DNA of 64,000 nt from Candidatus Heimdallarchaeota archaeon (GTDB lineage Archaea > Asgardarchaeota > Heimdallarchaeia > Hodarchaeales > Hodarchaeaceae), in assembly GCA_011364965.1 (NCBI GenBank), contig RDOB01000005.1, positions 1 through 64,000 of the forward strand, in the 5' to 3' direction. Position numbers and translations under genes: made by a program. Positions within the stretch are counted from its first letter, which is position 1. Every line of letters begins with the position of its first letter. Below the pieces are notes generated by a model that did not search any database, was not told the DNA's origin, and was given only the letters and a program-made list of their open reading frames with translations. Shown here one piece after another: positions 27,631-38,600 of this stretch.

Positions 27631-30042
27631 TTGACTATCAAATTCAATCCAAAGAAAAAAGAATTACGGCTCAGTGTGCGGGATATAACTCTTTTGGGAG
27701 TCCCTATGACATCTTCCATTCGTATTCCCCATAAAAATGCTGAATTTGGACAGATTATTCATAATAAAATTCAAGAACGTAAAAAAAGACTTGATTCAGA
27801 ATATGAATCAGAGTATTACCTTAAATATAAAGTTAAAATTAGTGATTGGCGAGTATTAATCCGCGGACGTCTTGATCTTTTATTAAAAAAAGAATCTGAG
27901 ATATCTATTGAAGAAATAAAGTCAGTGAATCTTCATAATTTTGAGGGTGAAAACGATGTTCGTCTGAGTTCATATAAGCGGCAACTCCAGTGTTATGGGT
28001 GGTTATATCAACAAAAAAACCCCCAAACTCCTCAGATTTACTTAAAATTAATTATTTTCAATCGATTTGATAATTTTGAACATCAAATCCCTGTTCCTTT
28101 AGTTGATATGAAGGAATTTTTAATCTCGAAATTAGAGCAAATTATTTCTGAAGAAGAAAAACGGATTGCACTTCAAACTCAAAAGATTTATTCCTTAGAA
28201 CACCTGAAATTTCCTTTTGAGTACCGTGCATATCAAAAGAACATTATTGAATCTATTAATGAGACGATTGATCAAGAACTCTTTTCAATTATCGAAGCTC
28301 CAAGTGGGTTAGGCAAAACAGTCGTTTCTTTATATCCTATGATTAATAAAGCGATTTTAACACGATCAAAGATTTTTTTTCTCACTGCTAAAACTACTCA
28401 GCGTCATATTGTCGAAAAAACATTAGATTTATTCTCTAAACAAGGAGTAAATTTTCTCGCTATTACATTAAAAGCAAAAGAAAAAATGTGCACAAATTCC
28501 TTCTATTTTTGTCATCCTGAATATTGCTCATTTCTAAAGAATTATCAGCAAAACTATCCTCAGGAGTATTTGGAATATTTCATACAAAAAAGGGGGATTA
28601 TTACTCCAGAAATAGTTGAGCAGGAAGCTCTTAGAACAGAAGCCTTTTGTCCATTTGAATTAGCCCTAGATATTTCATTAGAATCGGATGTAATCATTGG
28701 AGATTACAACTATGTTTTTCATCCTCGTACAGCCTTACAAAGATTTTTTGGAGATCAAGGAAAACCAAAAGCACAATTCTATCTCATAATTGATGAAGCT
28801 CATAACTTAGTTAATAGAAGCTTAAGCTATTATTCCCATAGTCTAGCTTTAACCGATATTCGGGATTTACGACAATCAATTAAGGAGCTAAAACGTAAAA
28901 TCAAAGGAGTTCCACTTCCTGAATTCCTACCTATCGCTCTGGAAAGGTTTTTCCGGACATTACAGTCTGAGTACTCAATTTCAGTAACAACACATATAAT
29001 AGCAGACTTGAATCTTAAAGATTTCCAGCAACTTTTATTGAACTTAGAAGAAAACGTTGTGGAATACTTAAAATTCCTATTAGAAAGACGAGTTTTTTGG
29101 CCTGATGATCCTATATTGGGTTTTTATTATCACTTCCGAGATTTTGTTAATACAGCTCTATTAGCTCAAAATAAAGAAGAATTTTCTATTCTATACAACT
29201 CTCAAGAGGGAGAGATCAAAATACTTTGCAAAGATGCTTCTTCATTTCTTAATTATAAACTGCTTTTCTTTAAATCTGCTTTAGCTATTTCTGCCACGAT
29301 AACTCCATTTCCCTTTTATAGAGATTTACTAGGTTTTCCTATTGAGAAAACTCATTATAAGAGTTTTCCTTCTCCATTTCCCCCAAAAAACCGCGTAATA
29401 ATAGTTGTTCCAACGATAGACACCCGATATAAATATAGGCCTCACTATTATCGCGAAATTGCATTGTTATTAGTTAAAGCGATCTCTATTAAGCAGGGTA
29501 AGTATTTTGCTTTCTTTCCTTCTTTCAGTTTTGCAAATAACGTAGCAGAGTTAATTAATCCCCAAAATAAGTTCAATTTAATTATTCAAACTCCGAATAT
29601 GCATGATGAACAACGAGAGGAATTCATCGAAACCATTAAAAAGTCAAAAAATATCATTGCAATTGCAGTTAGTGCAGGAATCTTTGCTGAGGGAGTAGAT
29701 TTTCCTGGTATGCTGGATGGAGTATTTGTGGTAAGCCCGAGTCTACCAAATGTAAGTTTTGAGCGCGAATTGATACGTCAATACTATGAGGAGAAGTTTA
29801 GCAATGGTTTTGCTTATGCCTATCAATTCCCAGGATTAACCCGGTCTTTTCAGGCTGCTGGAAGATTGATAAGAACTGCATCTGATCGTGGAATTATAAT
29901 GTTTATAGGAAAAAGGTTTTCTAATCCCAATTATGCAAATTGCTTTCCACGCTATTATTATACTCACTCACCACAAGAATTAGTAAATAGGTATCCCTTA
30001 GAAAAAATCGAATCGTTTTGGAAATCACAGGAAAACAAATAA
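27631..30042 (+). CDS. PD-(D/E)XK nuclease fused to Fe-S DinG/XPD (Rad3) family helicase
   Basis: N-terminal G..IH, GRLD, IEEIKS, QLQCY; Walker A APSGLGKT; Cys cluster KEKMC..FC...YC...FCPFE; GDYNY; IIDEAHNL; SAT; FAEGVDF; QAAGRLIR. Confidence 0.88.
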   Translation: MTIKFNPKKKELRLSVRDITLLGVPMTSSIRIPHKNAEFGQIIHNKIQERKKRLDSEYESEYYLKYKVKISDWRVLIRGRLDLLLKKESEISIEEIKSVNLHNFEGENDVRLSSYKRQLQCYGWLYQQKNPQTPQIYLKLIIFNRFDNFEHQIPVPLVDMKEFLISKLEQIISEEEKRIALQTQKIYSLEHLKFPFEYRAYQKNIIESINETIDQELFSIIEAPSGLGKTVVSLYPMINKAILTRSKIFFLTAKTTQRHIVEKTLDLFSKQGVNFLAITLKAKEKMCTNSFYFCHPEYCSFLKNYQQNYPQEYLEYFIQKRGIITPEIVEQEALRTEAFCPFELALDISLESDVIIGDYNYVFHPRTALQRFFGDQGKPKAQFYLIIDEAHNLVNRSLSYYSHSLALTDIRDLRQSIKELKRKIKGVPLPEFLPIALERFFRTLQSEYSISVTTHIIADLNLKDFQQLLLNLEENVVEYLKFLLERRVFWPDDPILGFYYHFRDFVNTALLAQNKEEFSILYNSQEGEIKILCKDASSFLNYKLLFFKSALAISATITPFPFYRDLLGFPIEKTHYKSFPSPFPPKNRVIIVVPTIDTRYKYRPHYYREIALLLVKAISIKQGKYFAFFPSFSFANNVAELINPQNKFNLIIQTPNMHDEQREEFIETIKKSKNIIAIAVSAGIFAEGVDFPGMLDGVFVVSPSLPNVSFERELIRQYYEEKFSNGFAYAYQFPGLTRSFQAAGRLIRTASDRGIIMFIGKRFSNPNYANCFPRYYYTHSPQELVNRYPLEKIESFWKSQENK

Positions 30043-30156
30043 TTAAACTATCACAGTCTCTTTTTTTAGACTTAATAGGATATAATCATAATCCTCAAAT
30101 ACAAGTATAGGATAAAATCAAATAAATCTCTCTAAGATGGTTCTAGGTGCTTTTTA

Positions 30157-31206
30157 ATGAATTTTTTGTCAGATACTGAAAGAATAAGATACTCTAGGCA
30201 AATAGTTTTACCAGATATTGGTGAAGAGGGACAATTAAAATTAAAAAGAGCGAGGATCTTAATAGCTGGAATGGGTGGGCTTGGAACATTTTCAAGTCTG
30301 TTACTTGCTGAAATAGGTGTTGGATTTCTTAGAATTGTTGATAGAGATATTGTTGAGCACACCAATCTACATCGTACGCCATTATATACAACCAAAGATT
30401 TGAATCGAGCAAAGGTTGAAGTAGCAGCAGAGCGATTGAAACGATTGAACCCTGAGTTAGTAGTAGAACCTTTTGCCTGTCATCTCGATGCTTCTAACAT
30501 TGAGGAACTTATGGAAGATATCGATATTGTTATAGATGCACTTGATAACTTTGAAACGCGTCGTATTATAAATCGGGAAAGTTACAAACGGAAAATTCCA
30601 TTGTTATTCGCTGGCGTTGGAGCTCGATCTGGAAATCTAGCAATTTTCAATCTTAAAGAGGACAGTCTTTGCCTAGATTGTCTTTATCATGGGATCTTGG
30701 ATGATGAATTAGAAACATGCGATATAATCGGGATACACCCTGCATTATTACCAATTATTACCGGCATTCAAATTCATGAAGCAATTGAAGTAATTATCAA
30801 AGGGTCTTCCATTTTGGATGGTTCACTGCTCTTCATTGATTTGAATTCTTTGAATTTCGATCAGATACCTATACATAAAAACCCGATATGTCCTGTATGT
30901 TCCACTGAGAATTATATTCAGGATTTTGAATCTATTAATGACTATAGGGTATTGGATATATGTGGTGGAGACAACTATATGTTTGTACCTGGAAAAAAGA
31001 AGATTTTCGAATTAGAAAAGATATATAACGATCTAAAATCTCTTTATTCCATATCCACAAAAGGAAAATTAGCGGTAACGATAGATTTCACTAATAATAT
31101 CAAAATTACTTTATTTAAGGGAGGAAACGTGCTGATTAGGGGAAGTTCATCACCCGAAAACGCCCAGCAGATTTGGGATACGCTTAAAACTAAGATTTCA
31201 GGATAA
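30157..31206 (+). CDS. ThiF/MoeB/HesA family E1-like adenylyltransferase
   Basis: RYSRQ, GMGGLG, DRDIVEHTNLHR, D.LDNFETR, CLDC, TC..IG, CPVC; C-terminal extension (ICGG...LFKGG). Confidence 0.9.
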   Translation: MNFLSDTERIRYSRQIVLPDIGEEGQLKLKRARILIAGMGGLGTFSSLLLAEIGVGFLRIVDRDIVEHTNLHRTPLYTTKDLNRAKVEVAAERLKRLNPELVVEPFACHLDASNIEELMEDIDIVIDALDNFETRRIINRESYKRKIPLLFAGVGARSGNLAIFNLKEDSLCLDCLYHGILDDELETCDIIGIHPALLPIITGIQIHEAIEVIIKGSSILDGSLLFIDLNSLNFDQIPIHKNPICPVCSTENYIQDFESINDYRVLDICGGDNYMFVPGKKKIFELEKIYNDLKSLYSISTKGKLAVTIDFTNNIKITLFKGGNVLIRGSSSPENAQQIWDTLKTKISG

Positions 31207-31403
31207 TGTGTTTAGAAACCTATTAAACAGTGAAGAGATCCTAGTTAGATATATCCTAGTACCTCAATTTATTTAAATAAACTATCCAATTAGCTACTAG
31301 CAAATCCAGTTTAAATCCATTACCAATCGTACTAATGGATCGACAACGAAATCATGCTAGTGTTAATAATGAATTATATAACCGCTACGCTTGGTGAACA
31401 ATA

Positions 31404-32567
31404 ATGGCAGATGTGATATTTTCAGCATTCGACGAGAGGGCAGGACCAGTTGCAATATATTCAACCATAAATGATCCTGTTTTAACCAAAAAAATTGCAG
31501 TTAAAAGTATAGTATCGACTTTAACCAGTGTTCGAACTTCCTCCTCAGAAAGACTAGAAGGAGAGGCTATAATACCCTTTCCAAATGAAAATCGAATCGC
31601 GTTTATTTTCTATACCTCCCTTGATCAAAAAACAGAAGGAGGGGAATATCGAGTTATATCGCTAAGCGCTGTTGTACCTAATGAAAAGAAGACTGGACTC
31701 TATTCCAATGCGACGATTTTGTCACAAAACGCAGTAGAGATAAAGGATACTCTAAATGCAAGCTATACTTTTGGTCAACCAGTTTCTCGAGAAATAGAAG
31801 CTAAACTAAAAGCTTGGGGAGAGCTAACTAAGACCCAAGAAATGGCAATTATCGCAGAGAAGGAAATGAAATTTGGACTTAGGAGTTTATTTGAGATTTT
31901 CCCTCCCAAGAAAAGTATTCGTAGTTATGAAGATCCCCTCGTACCTGTATTTTTAGGTGCTGTATTGAAAATTCCTGTTGTCCTCGTCGGTCCCAATGTT
32001 GAATTTCTCCTTGAAATATCTGATATTATTCGTGAATTTATGCCTGGTCAAGATTTGGATGTGCGATTATCAATTGCATTGGACTATAAATCGCAAGCTG
32101 TAGCAATGAAGATTCCAAGAGCAGATATAATTTTATTAAATGAAGAACAGGACAAAAGAAAGAACTTCTATCGAGATCCTGTAATTCTTGCTGGAATGGG
32201 GAAATCATCAAGGTATATCAACTATTCTCTCGACGTAAAAGCTGAAAAGGTAATAGAATCAATTTTAAAGAAAGCCCGTGATTTTAATGATGAAATGGTT
32301 GCGAATCACTATTTAGAAGGTGAATTCCTTTCTTTATTCTCAAAAATGACAAATTTAAAGGATTATTGTCTTACTGGACGGCAGGGAAAACCCAAAGATG
32401 TAGCAAAGAATTTTGATGTTGACGAGGACTACATTCTTTTGCTAGCAGAAGCTTTACGCACTCGGAAAGAGGCTTCTGCTCAAACTATTAACAAAATGTT
32501 TCAAAATGAGACTGAATTTGCCAAAATGGACATTCGAAGTCCAAAGAATGTTGGCTTCATTCGATAA
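31404..32567 (+). CDS. Soluble DENN-like protein (uDENN longin + core-DENN-like alpha/beta domain)
   Basis: VIFSAFDERAGP N-terminal motif, FIFYTSL...R.ISLSAVV longin strands, followed by FLGAVLKIPVVLVGPN as in core DENN. Confidence 0.62.
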   Translation: MADVIFSAFDERAGPVAIYSTINDPVLTKKIAVKSIVSTLTSVRTSSSERLEGEAIIPFPNENRIAFIFYTSLDQKTEGGEYRVISLSAVVPNEKKTGLYSNATILSQNAVEIKDTLNASYTFGQPVSREIEAKLKAWGELTKTQEMAIIAEKEMKFGLRSLFEIFPPKKSIRSYEDPLVPVFLGAVLKIPVVLVGPNVEFLLEISDIIREFMPGQDLDVRLSIALDYKSQAVAMKIPRADIILLNEEQDKRKNFYRDPVILAGMGKSSRYINYSLDVKAEKVIESILKKARDFNDEMVANHYLEGEFLSLFSKMTNLKDYCLTGRQGKPKDVAKNFDVDEDYILLLAEALRTRKEASAQTINKMFQNETEFAKMDIRSPKNVGFIR

Positions 32568-32596
32568 GACAAAAAATATTCTGTGAGTAACAAAAT

Positions 32597-33634
32597 ATGT
32601 CACAACGAGAAAAAGAAATAGAAAAGAAAATTGCTCTGTTAGAGGGAGAGAAAAAGATTCTTGAGGGTATTAAAGCTTATTACGAACAAGATTTATCTTA
32701 TAATGAGCTAGAAGAAATCTCAGGAATCTCTATAAGAGAATTGAAGCGATATCAACAGGACAATGAGTATCCTTATCGTATTGGCGCTAATAAAAAAGCA
32801 GTATTTGAAAAAATTAGCAATAAAGTTAATGAAATTGATAATGAAATAAAATCACTGCGTGGATCAGTTTTCGGAACATTAGATCAAATATTGTTTATTC
32901 CGAGCTGGAGTAAATTAATTGGATCAACATTCAATGGTTTTTATTTAAATCAACCTGTAACAAAGATAAATCAAGATAACGTGGTCTTTCTTCCTGATCT
33001 TGCGTTAACAGGTTTTGAAGATACTACTGGAGAGCCATTTTTCCTGATTACAGGACTGGGGTTATATTGGGTTAAATTTGAATTAGGAGCAGGTTCAATT
33101 GTTACTGATTATAGAGAAATTACAGGGATCCTTCTGCCTCTTGATCTATATGAGAAAGCACAAGATGAAACAGGTTCTGTATTGAGCAGTGAATCAATTC
33201 GAATGACAGAGTATATGGTTTCCATTCCTTTCTCATTAATCATGGCTAAAAAAACGACTCAAATGTATTTACGGGGAGTATTAGCTAGAAATGTGTTTCA
33301 TCCGTATAAAGAATGCTTTGATCAACTTCTTTCATCTTGCCAAAATCCCAATAGCTTCAAACGGAGCGAAGGATTAAAGATCCTAAGTGGAGGACTTTCA
33401 ACACAACGGCCATTATATACAAATGAGCTCTTAACTGAAAAACATCTTCCAGGCTATACCTCCCTTGTAGCAGGAATAAAAAATACACAACCCAAACTCC
33501 AAAAAATTCTTGGTAATTTACAATTAGAAAGCACAGAAGACGCTTTCTTCGAAAAAATCGAAAGAATCAAAAGTGAATTTAGGGAAATTGGCCGTAAATA
33601 TCTTTTGGATTGGGTACCAAGTCAAATTAGTTAG
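32597..33634 (+). CDS. Hypothetical protein (N-terminal coiled coil + HTH-like segment)
   Basis: 345-aa ORF 29 bp after the DENN-like gene; LSYNELEEISGISIRELKRY is HTH-like. Confidence 0.6.
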   Translation: MSQREKEIEKKIALLEGEKKILEGIKAYYEQDLSYNELEEISGISIRELKRYQQDNEYPYRIGANKKAVFEKISNKVNEIDNEIKSLRGSVFGTLDQILFIPSWSKLIGSTFNGFYLNQPVTKINQDNVVFLPDLALTGFEDTTGEPFFLITGLGLYWVKFELGAGSIVTDYREITGILLPLDLYEKAQDETGSVLSSESIRMTEYMVSIPFSLIMAKKTTQMYLRGVLARNVFHPYKECFDQLLSSCQNPNSFKRSEGLKILSGGLSTQRPLYTNELLTEKHLPGYTSLVAGIKNTQPKLQKILGNLQLESTEDAFFEKIERIKSEFREIGRKYLLDWVPSQIS

Positions 33635-33647
33635 AAAAATCGATTTA

Positions 33648-34790
33648 CTATTCTTTAATAATTTCAACTAAGGCCTCTTGAATCATTTGAACATCTACCT
33701 CTGTAAGACCTGCATGAATGGGGATTTCAAAGTGCGTTGCAGCAATTAATTCAGTATTTGGCAAGCTCACTTTCGAGTAATCAGGATATGTAACAAATTT
33801 GCTCCATCTCCATTTCTTTATTCCATCTAAGTAAGTATGTTGTTGATGACATGGGATGGAATAAATCTGCCGTGATCCAATATTATAGTTTTTTAATTCA
33901 GAAATAATTTGATTTGGAGTAAATTTGGGGCTATCAACAACTGGAGCGCATATATAATGCCCATGAATAAATCCCTTCGGGATTTCTTGATTACGAATTC
34001 CACTTAAACTGTCGATCGTTTTCCTGATTTTTTTTGCGTTCTCTTCTCTTCTTTTCAACATTAGAGGAAGTTTTCTCAGCTGAACAAGTCCTATTGCTGC
34101 TAGTGGATCTGCTAATCGAAAATTATAAGCGACATATTCATGATGATATCCTCCTTGTGCGCCTCTCCCGTGATTTTTAAGACTACGCATTTTTAATGCT
34201 AATTCATCATTATCAGTCACAATCATTCCTCCTTCTCCAGAAATCATGTTTTTTGTTGCATAGAAGGAAAAACAACCAACCTCTCCAAAAGAACCAACAT
34301 GTTTTCCATCGATTGAGGCCCCATGAGCTTGGCAAGCATCCTCAATGACAATTAGATCATGATCAGTAGCTATGTCAAGAATAGCTTTCATATCTGCTGG
34401 TAAACCAAAAATATGAACTGGAAGAATTGCTTTTGTCTTCGGAGTAATCAGTTTTTCAATTTCCTCTGGATCTATATTATAAGTTTTTGGATCTAGATCT
34501 GCAAAGATTGGTACATTACCACCGAAGCTAATTGCGTTTGCAGATGCAATGAAGGTGAATGCAGGTGTGATAATTTCTGCTCCTGGAGGAATATCTAGAG
34601 CTTCCAAAGCTAAATGCAACGCTGATGTTCCATTGGTTGTACAAATTGCATTCTTTGCTCCTACAAAATTTGCAAACTCTTTTTCTAAGATTCGAGCGTT
34701 TTTTCCTTCAACAAGAGCTTTAGATCTAATAGTTTCAGTTACTAGGCTGATTTCTTCTTCAGTTATTTGCGGATCTGCGACATTAATCAT
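33648..34790 (-). CDS. DegT/DnrJ/EryC1/StrS PLP-dependent sugar aminotransferase
   Basis: NGTSALHLAL, FTFIASANAI, PVHIFG, IEDACQAHGA, FSFYATKN..GEGGM. Confidence 0.93.
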   Translation of the reverse strand: MINVADPQITEEEISLVTETIRSKALVEGKNARILEKEFANFVGAKNAICTTNGTSALHLALEALDIPPGAEIITPAFTFIASANAISFGGNVPIFADLDPKTYNIDPEEIEKLITPKTKAILPVHIFGLPADMKAILDIATDHDLIVIEDACQAHGASIDGKHVGSFGEVGCFSFYATKNMISGEGGMIVTDNDELALKMRSLKNHGRGAQGGYHHEYVAYNFRLADPLAAIGLVQLRKLPLMLKRREENAKKIRKTIDSLSGIRNQEIPKGFIHGHYICAPVVDSPKFTPNQIISELKNYNIGSRQIYSIPCHQQHTYLDGIKKWRWSKFVTYPDYSKVSLPNTELIAATHFEIPIHAGLTEVDVQMIQEALVEIIKE

Positions 34791-34919
34791 TCAATTATAT
34801 CTCCTATATTCATATAGGTTCAGTTTGCATATTGGAAGACTCTTTATTAGTTTTAGACTATTGCTTCATACGGAAGCTAACATGGTTAATTATAATCTCG
34901 AGAATTATCCTCGTATTTA

Positions 34920-35642
34920 TTGGGATTTGACTTGCTAAAGGAACAAGAAATGCATCAAATTGTAGAAAATTATAATAGAATACTCAATGAGTTGCAGATG
35001 TTTTCCCAAAAGAACTTTGTTCCAAAAATCTGTGTCGTAACTAAGAAACAACCAATTGAAATCGTTAGAAATTTTCTTAGATATGTAAAAAATCCTATCT
35101 TAGGGGAAAATCGAGTTGATGAAGCTGTGGAAAAAATCGAATCCTGTGGTCAAAATAATGCTACTTGGCATTTTATCGGTCATCTGCAGCGTAACAAAGT
35201 AAAAAATATAATTGACAAGATAAAATTAATTGAATCTCTTGATCGAATTGAACTTGCAGAGGAACTTGAGAAACGTGCATGTCAGAAAAATCTCATGATA
35301 AATTGTTTAGTTCAAATTGATGTTACTCAAGATGGGACTAAGTATGGCGTTCCTCCTGATGAAAAGGCTTTATTAGATTTTCTAATTGCATTGGAAAATT
35401 ATGAACATATCCAAATAAAGGGTTTAATGACAATTGCTCCATTTGTGGCTCCAGAGAACACAAGATCATATTTTAAACGAGCTTCTCAACTATATTTGAA
35501 AATGAAGCAATGTGAGACTTTACCTTCAAATGTGGAAATGCAAATATTATCAATGGGAATGTCAAATGATTATCAGATCGCTCTTGAAGAAGGATCAACC
35601 CTGATTCGCTTAGGAACTGCAATATTTGGTCAATATATGTAA
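34920..35642 (+). CDS. yggS: YggS family pyridoxal phosphate homeostasis protein
   Basis: VTK, GENRV.E, WHFIGHLQRNKVK, GLMTIAP, LSMGMSNDY..A.EEGST.IRLGTAIFG. Confidence 0.92.
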   Translation: MGFDLLKEQEMHQIVENYNRILNELQMFSQKNFVPKICVVTKKQPIEIVRNFLRYVKNPILGENRVDEAVEKIESCGQNNATWHFIGHLQRNKVKNIIDKIKLIESLDRIELAEELEKRACQKNLMINCLVQIDVTQDGTKYGVPPDEKALLDFLIALENYEHIQIKGLMTIAPFVAPENTRSYFKRASQLYLKMKQCETLPSNVEMQILSMGMSNDYQIALEEGSTLIRLGTAIFGQYM

Positions 35643-35687
35643 TTATTCAGTAAATCAAAAAAAATTTATTATATTTATACGGGAAAT

Positions 35688-38600
35688 ATGAAAAATAGTG
35701 GTGTAGAATTAATGTCTATCAGTGAAGAGGAGTTTTCTTTAACTAAACAGGAATTAAGGTTATATTCTTTATTAATAAAGTTTGGCCCAAAGACGAAAAA
35801 GGAATTAATTCTTTCCCTAGATCTTCAAGAGAAGGGGGATAAATTTGAAGAGATTTTGGGGAAATTAATTCAAAAAGGGCTTATAACAAGCTCGGATGAA
35901 TTTTATTATCCCAGTATCCCAATAGAGAATATTATCAATATTTTAAACTTAAATTTAACTACTCTAAAAGATAATCAGAAGAATGTAAATGATTCTTTCA
36001 GTCTCCAGAAAAAGATTTTGGATGAGAATTTAAAGATACTTAAGAATTCGCTAGAAAATCAGTTGAATGAATCAAAATCTATCAATTCAGAATTAAATAA
36101 GTCATTAAAATCAGAAATTTCGGAGATTGAGAAGACACATGTGGGTAAAGCCGAAGAACTCACAGAGAATTTTATTGGAGAATTAAAAACGCGATATATT
36201 GAGAAATTCTCTGAAACTCAATCGAAATTATCAACTGAAGAAGCCCAACTTGAAAAAAATTGGGCCACAGCTGTAGAAGGATTTTATTCTCTTCCAGCAT
36301 CAGGAACCCGCAATATACGCGAATCTGTTTCTCATTACGAAAAAGAGCTCTCAAATATTATAGATACAACAACTACTCGAATTGAAGAAATTCAGAGTCA
36401 AATGGGTGATATTCTCACGGTTCTTGAAACCGAATCTGCTTCACAATTAAATGAATTTTTTTCAAACACACAAACAGCCTCCAATGAGTTCAAAACAAAC
36501 CTACTGACTGAAATAGGAGAGACACGCAAACATGAGAAGGATTTTATTTCCGATGTTCGAAAGAATATCCAAGTCAATTTTGTAGAAAAGATCGATCGGG
36601 TGTTGAAAAAGGTATCTGATGGTTTGATTAAAGAAATTGATGAAGAAATTGATAAAACTCTCGTTAACATAAGGAAAGAAACGTTAGATGCAATCTCAGA
36701 CAGTTCCAGTAAGCTTAAAGCTGAATTTCAAGAGTTTAAAGACAATGCTTCTGAATTAATCCTAGAACAAAAATCTTATCTTGAAGTACTTGACTCTGAG
36801 CTCTCTGATTTCTCCAATGAACAAAAATTACCAAATAAAAAAGAGCTTTTCATTAAACAGCTTCAAGCTCATTTATCCACTGATATTACGTCTTTAGAAA
36901 CGAATTATCTTCGCATACAAAAAACTGTTACAGAAATAATGGAGTCAATTAGACGAACTGCAAAAAATAAGTTAATAGAACAAACTGCTGAATTTGATGT
37001 CCTTCTTAATAAATTTTCTGATGTTACAGAGAAACATCTTTCGAGAAAAGATACTGATATAATTCGACTCCAGCAGTTGTCTCAATCAATTGACCAGTTT
37101 CTAAGAAACCTTTTGGTTTCTATACCTGGAAGGGCAAATCAATTCAAAACTTCTTTGAAAGATTCATTTGATAGTTCCATTAATGAAGTACAAAATCAGA
37201 TGGGAGATTCAACTTACAGTTCTATTCAAGAAATTAACACCATTCTTCAGGGTTCGCAAAAACGAGTTCAGGGGTCATTCAAAGAATCCATTGATGACAG
37301 TAAAAGAGAGATTGCAAATGTTATCGCTTCTCTTGATCAGTTTGCAACCACTATTACAAATCTACAATCAAATTATTCGGAAAAAATTGAACCAAGGTTT
37401 GATCAAAGAGCAAAAATAATGAATACAGAACTCGAAGCAGTTGCTCGTAATTTTCAACAGGTTTTAAATGGAATGGAGTCTGGATATGCCGATATAAATG
37501 AAAAACTTGCTTCAGAGCATTATATAAACGTAACCAATATTCAATCATCCTTCCAAAGCTCATCTTCGCAGCTTAAAGGGGAAATCGACTCGATTTTTTC
37601 ACAAAATCGCGCGAAAAATCAAGAATATCTTTCTCAATTGGATTCAACTCTTCAAGTTCATCTAGATCGCACTATTGAAGCAATAAAAGAGGGTTTTAGT
37701 CAAATTAAAGATGAATTCAATACAGAACTTGAAAACCAAGTTAAAGAATTGAATGGTTTTAATGAAGAACAGCAAGCTAATCTTAGTACAACAGTTGAGT
37801 CATTTATTCAACAGGGAGAGAAATATCTTGAGGATTTTAGAACCAATCTTGGTAAAAACCTAGATGAAAATCAAAAGAAGGTATCTGAATTCATCACAGA
37901 AACTCGTAAGTCAACAAATGAAGTTGTTTCCCTTCATAAATCAAATATTTCAAAATATCAGGAAAAAGGCCCAACTGATATTTTATCCTTCATAAAACAA
38001 ATTGAATCAGAGATTTCTAATCAAACTAAAAACGTTAGAGAAGCCATGGAAGAACTTGAGGTATATTATAATGAGTTATCAGATTCAACTCAAGGGGAAA
38101 TTTCTAGGTTACTACTTCAAGTTCAAGAGAGCGGTGATAAACTCAAGGCATTGGTTAAAGATTCCCTTCATGTTATCACTAATAGTTTAGAGAGGGCAAA
38201 TGAGTCAATTGACACTTACTTTTCAGATTCCCTCACAGATCTTGAAAATCAGGTCGGAGTGGCCTCTGGGTTCATAACATCAGAAGTTGAGACCTCTGCT
38301 TTATCAATCCAAGAGGAAGTTGAAGTTCTAAAAAAGGATCTGAAGGATAATATTGATAAACTTAGTTCAGGAGTGAAAGAAATCATCGAAAGCCAAGATC
38401 AAGATTTCCAAATTAAAATTCCAGAATTTTCAAAGGAATTTGATCAAACATTCCAAAATATGATTGGAGATAGGAAGCAACAACACCAGGATCTTGAACA
38501 GAAAACACAGGAATCTTTAGAATCCTTAATAGTATCGTGGAATAAACAAATGTCAAGTGGAAAAGAAAAATTAGTAGATGTTTCCACACAGCTTGATAAA

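Noticed and set aside
27631-30042. Type IV CRISPR (CasDinG/Cas4) interpretation of the nuclease-helicase
   Set aside because: No repeat-spacer array or other cas genes seen, and the nuclease lacks the Cas4 Cys cluster.
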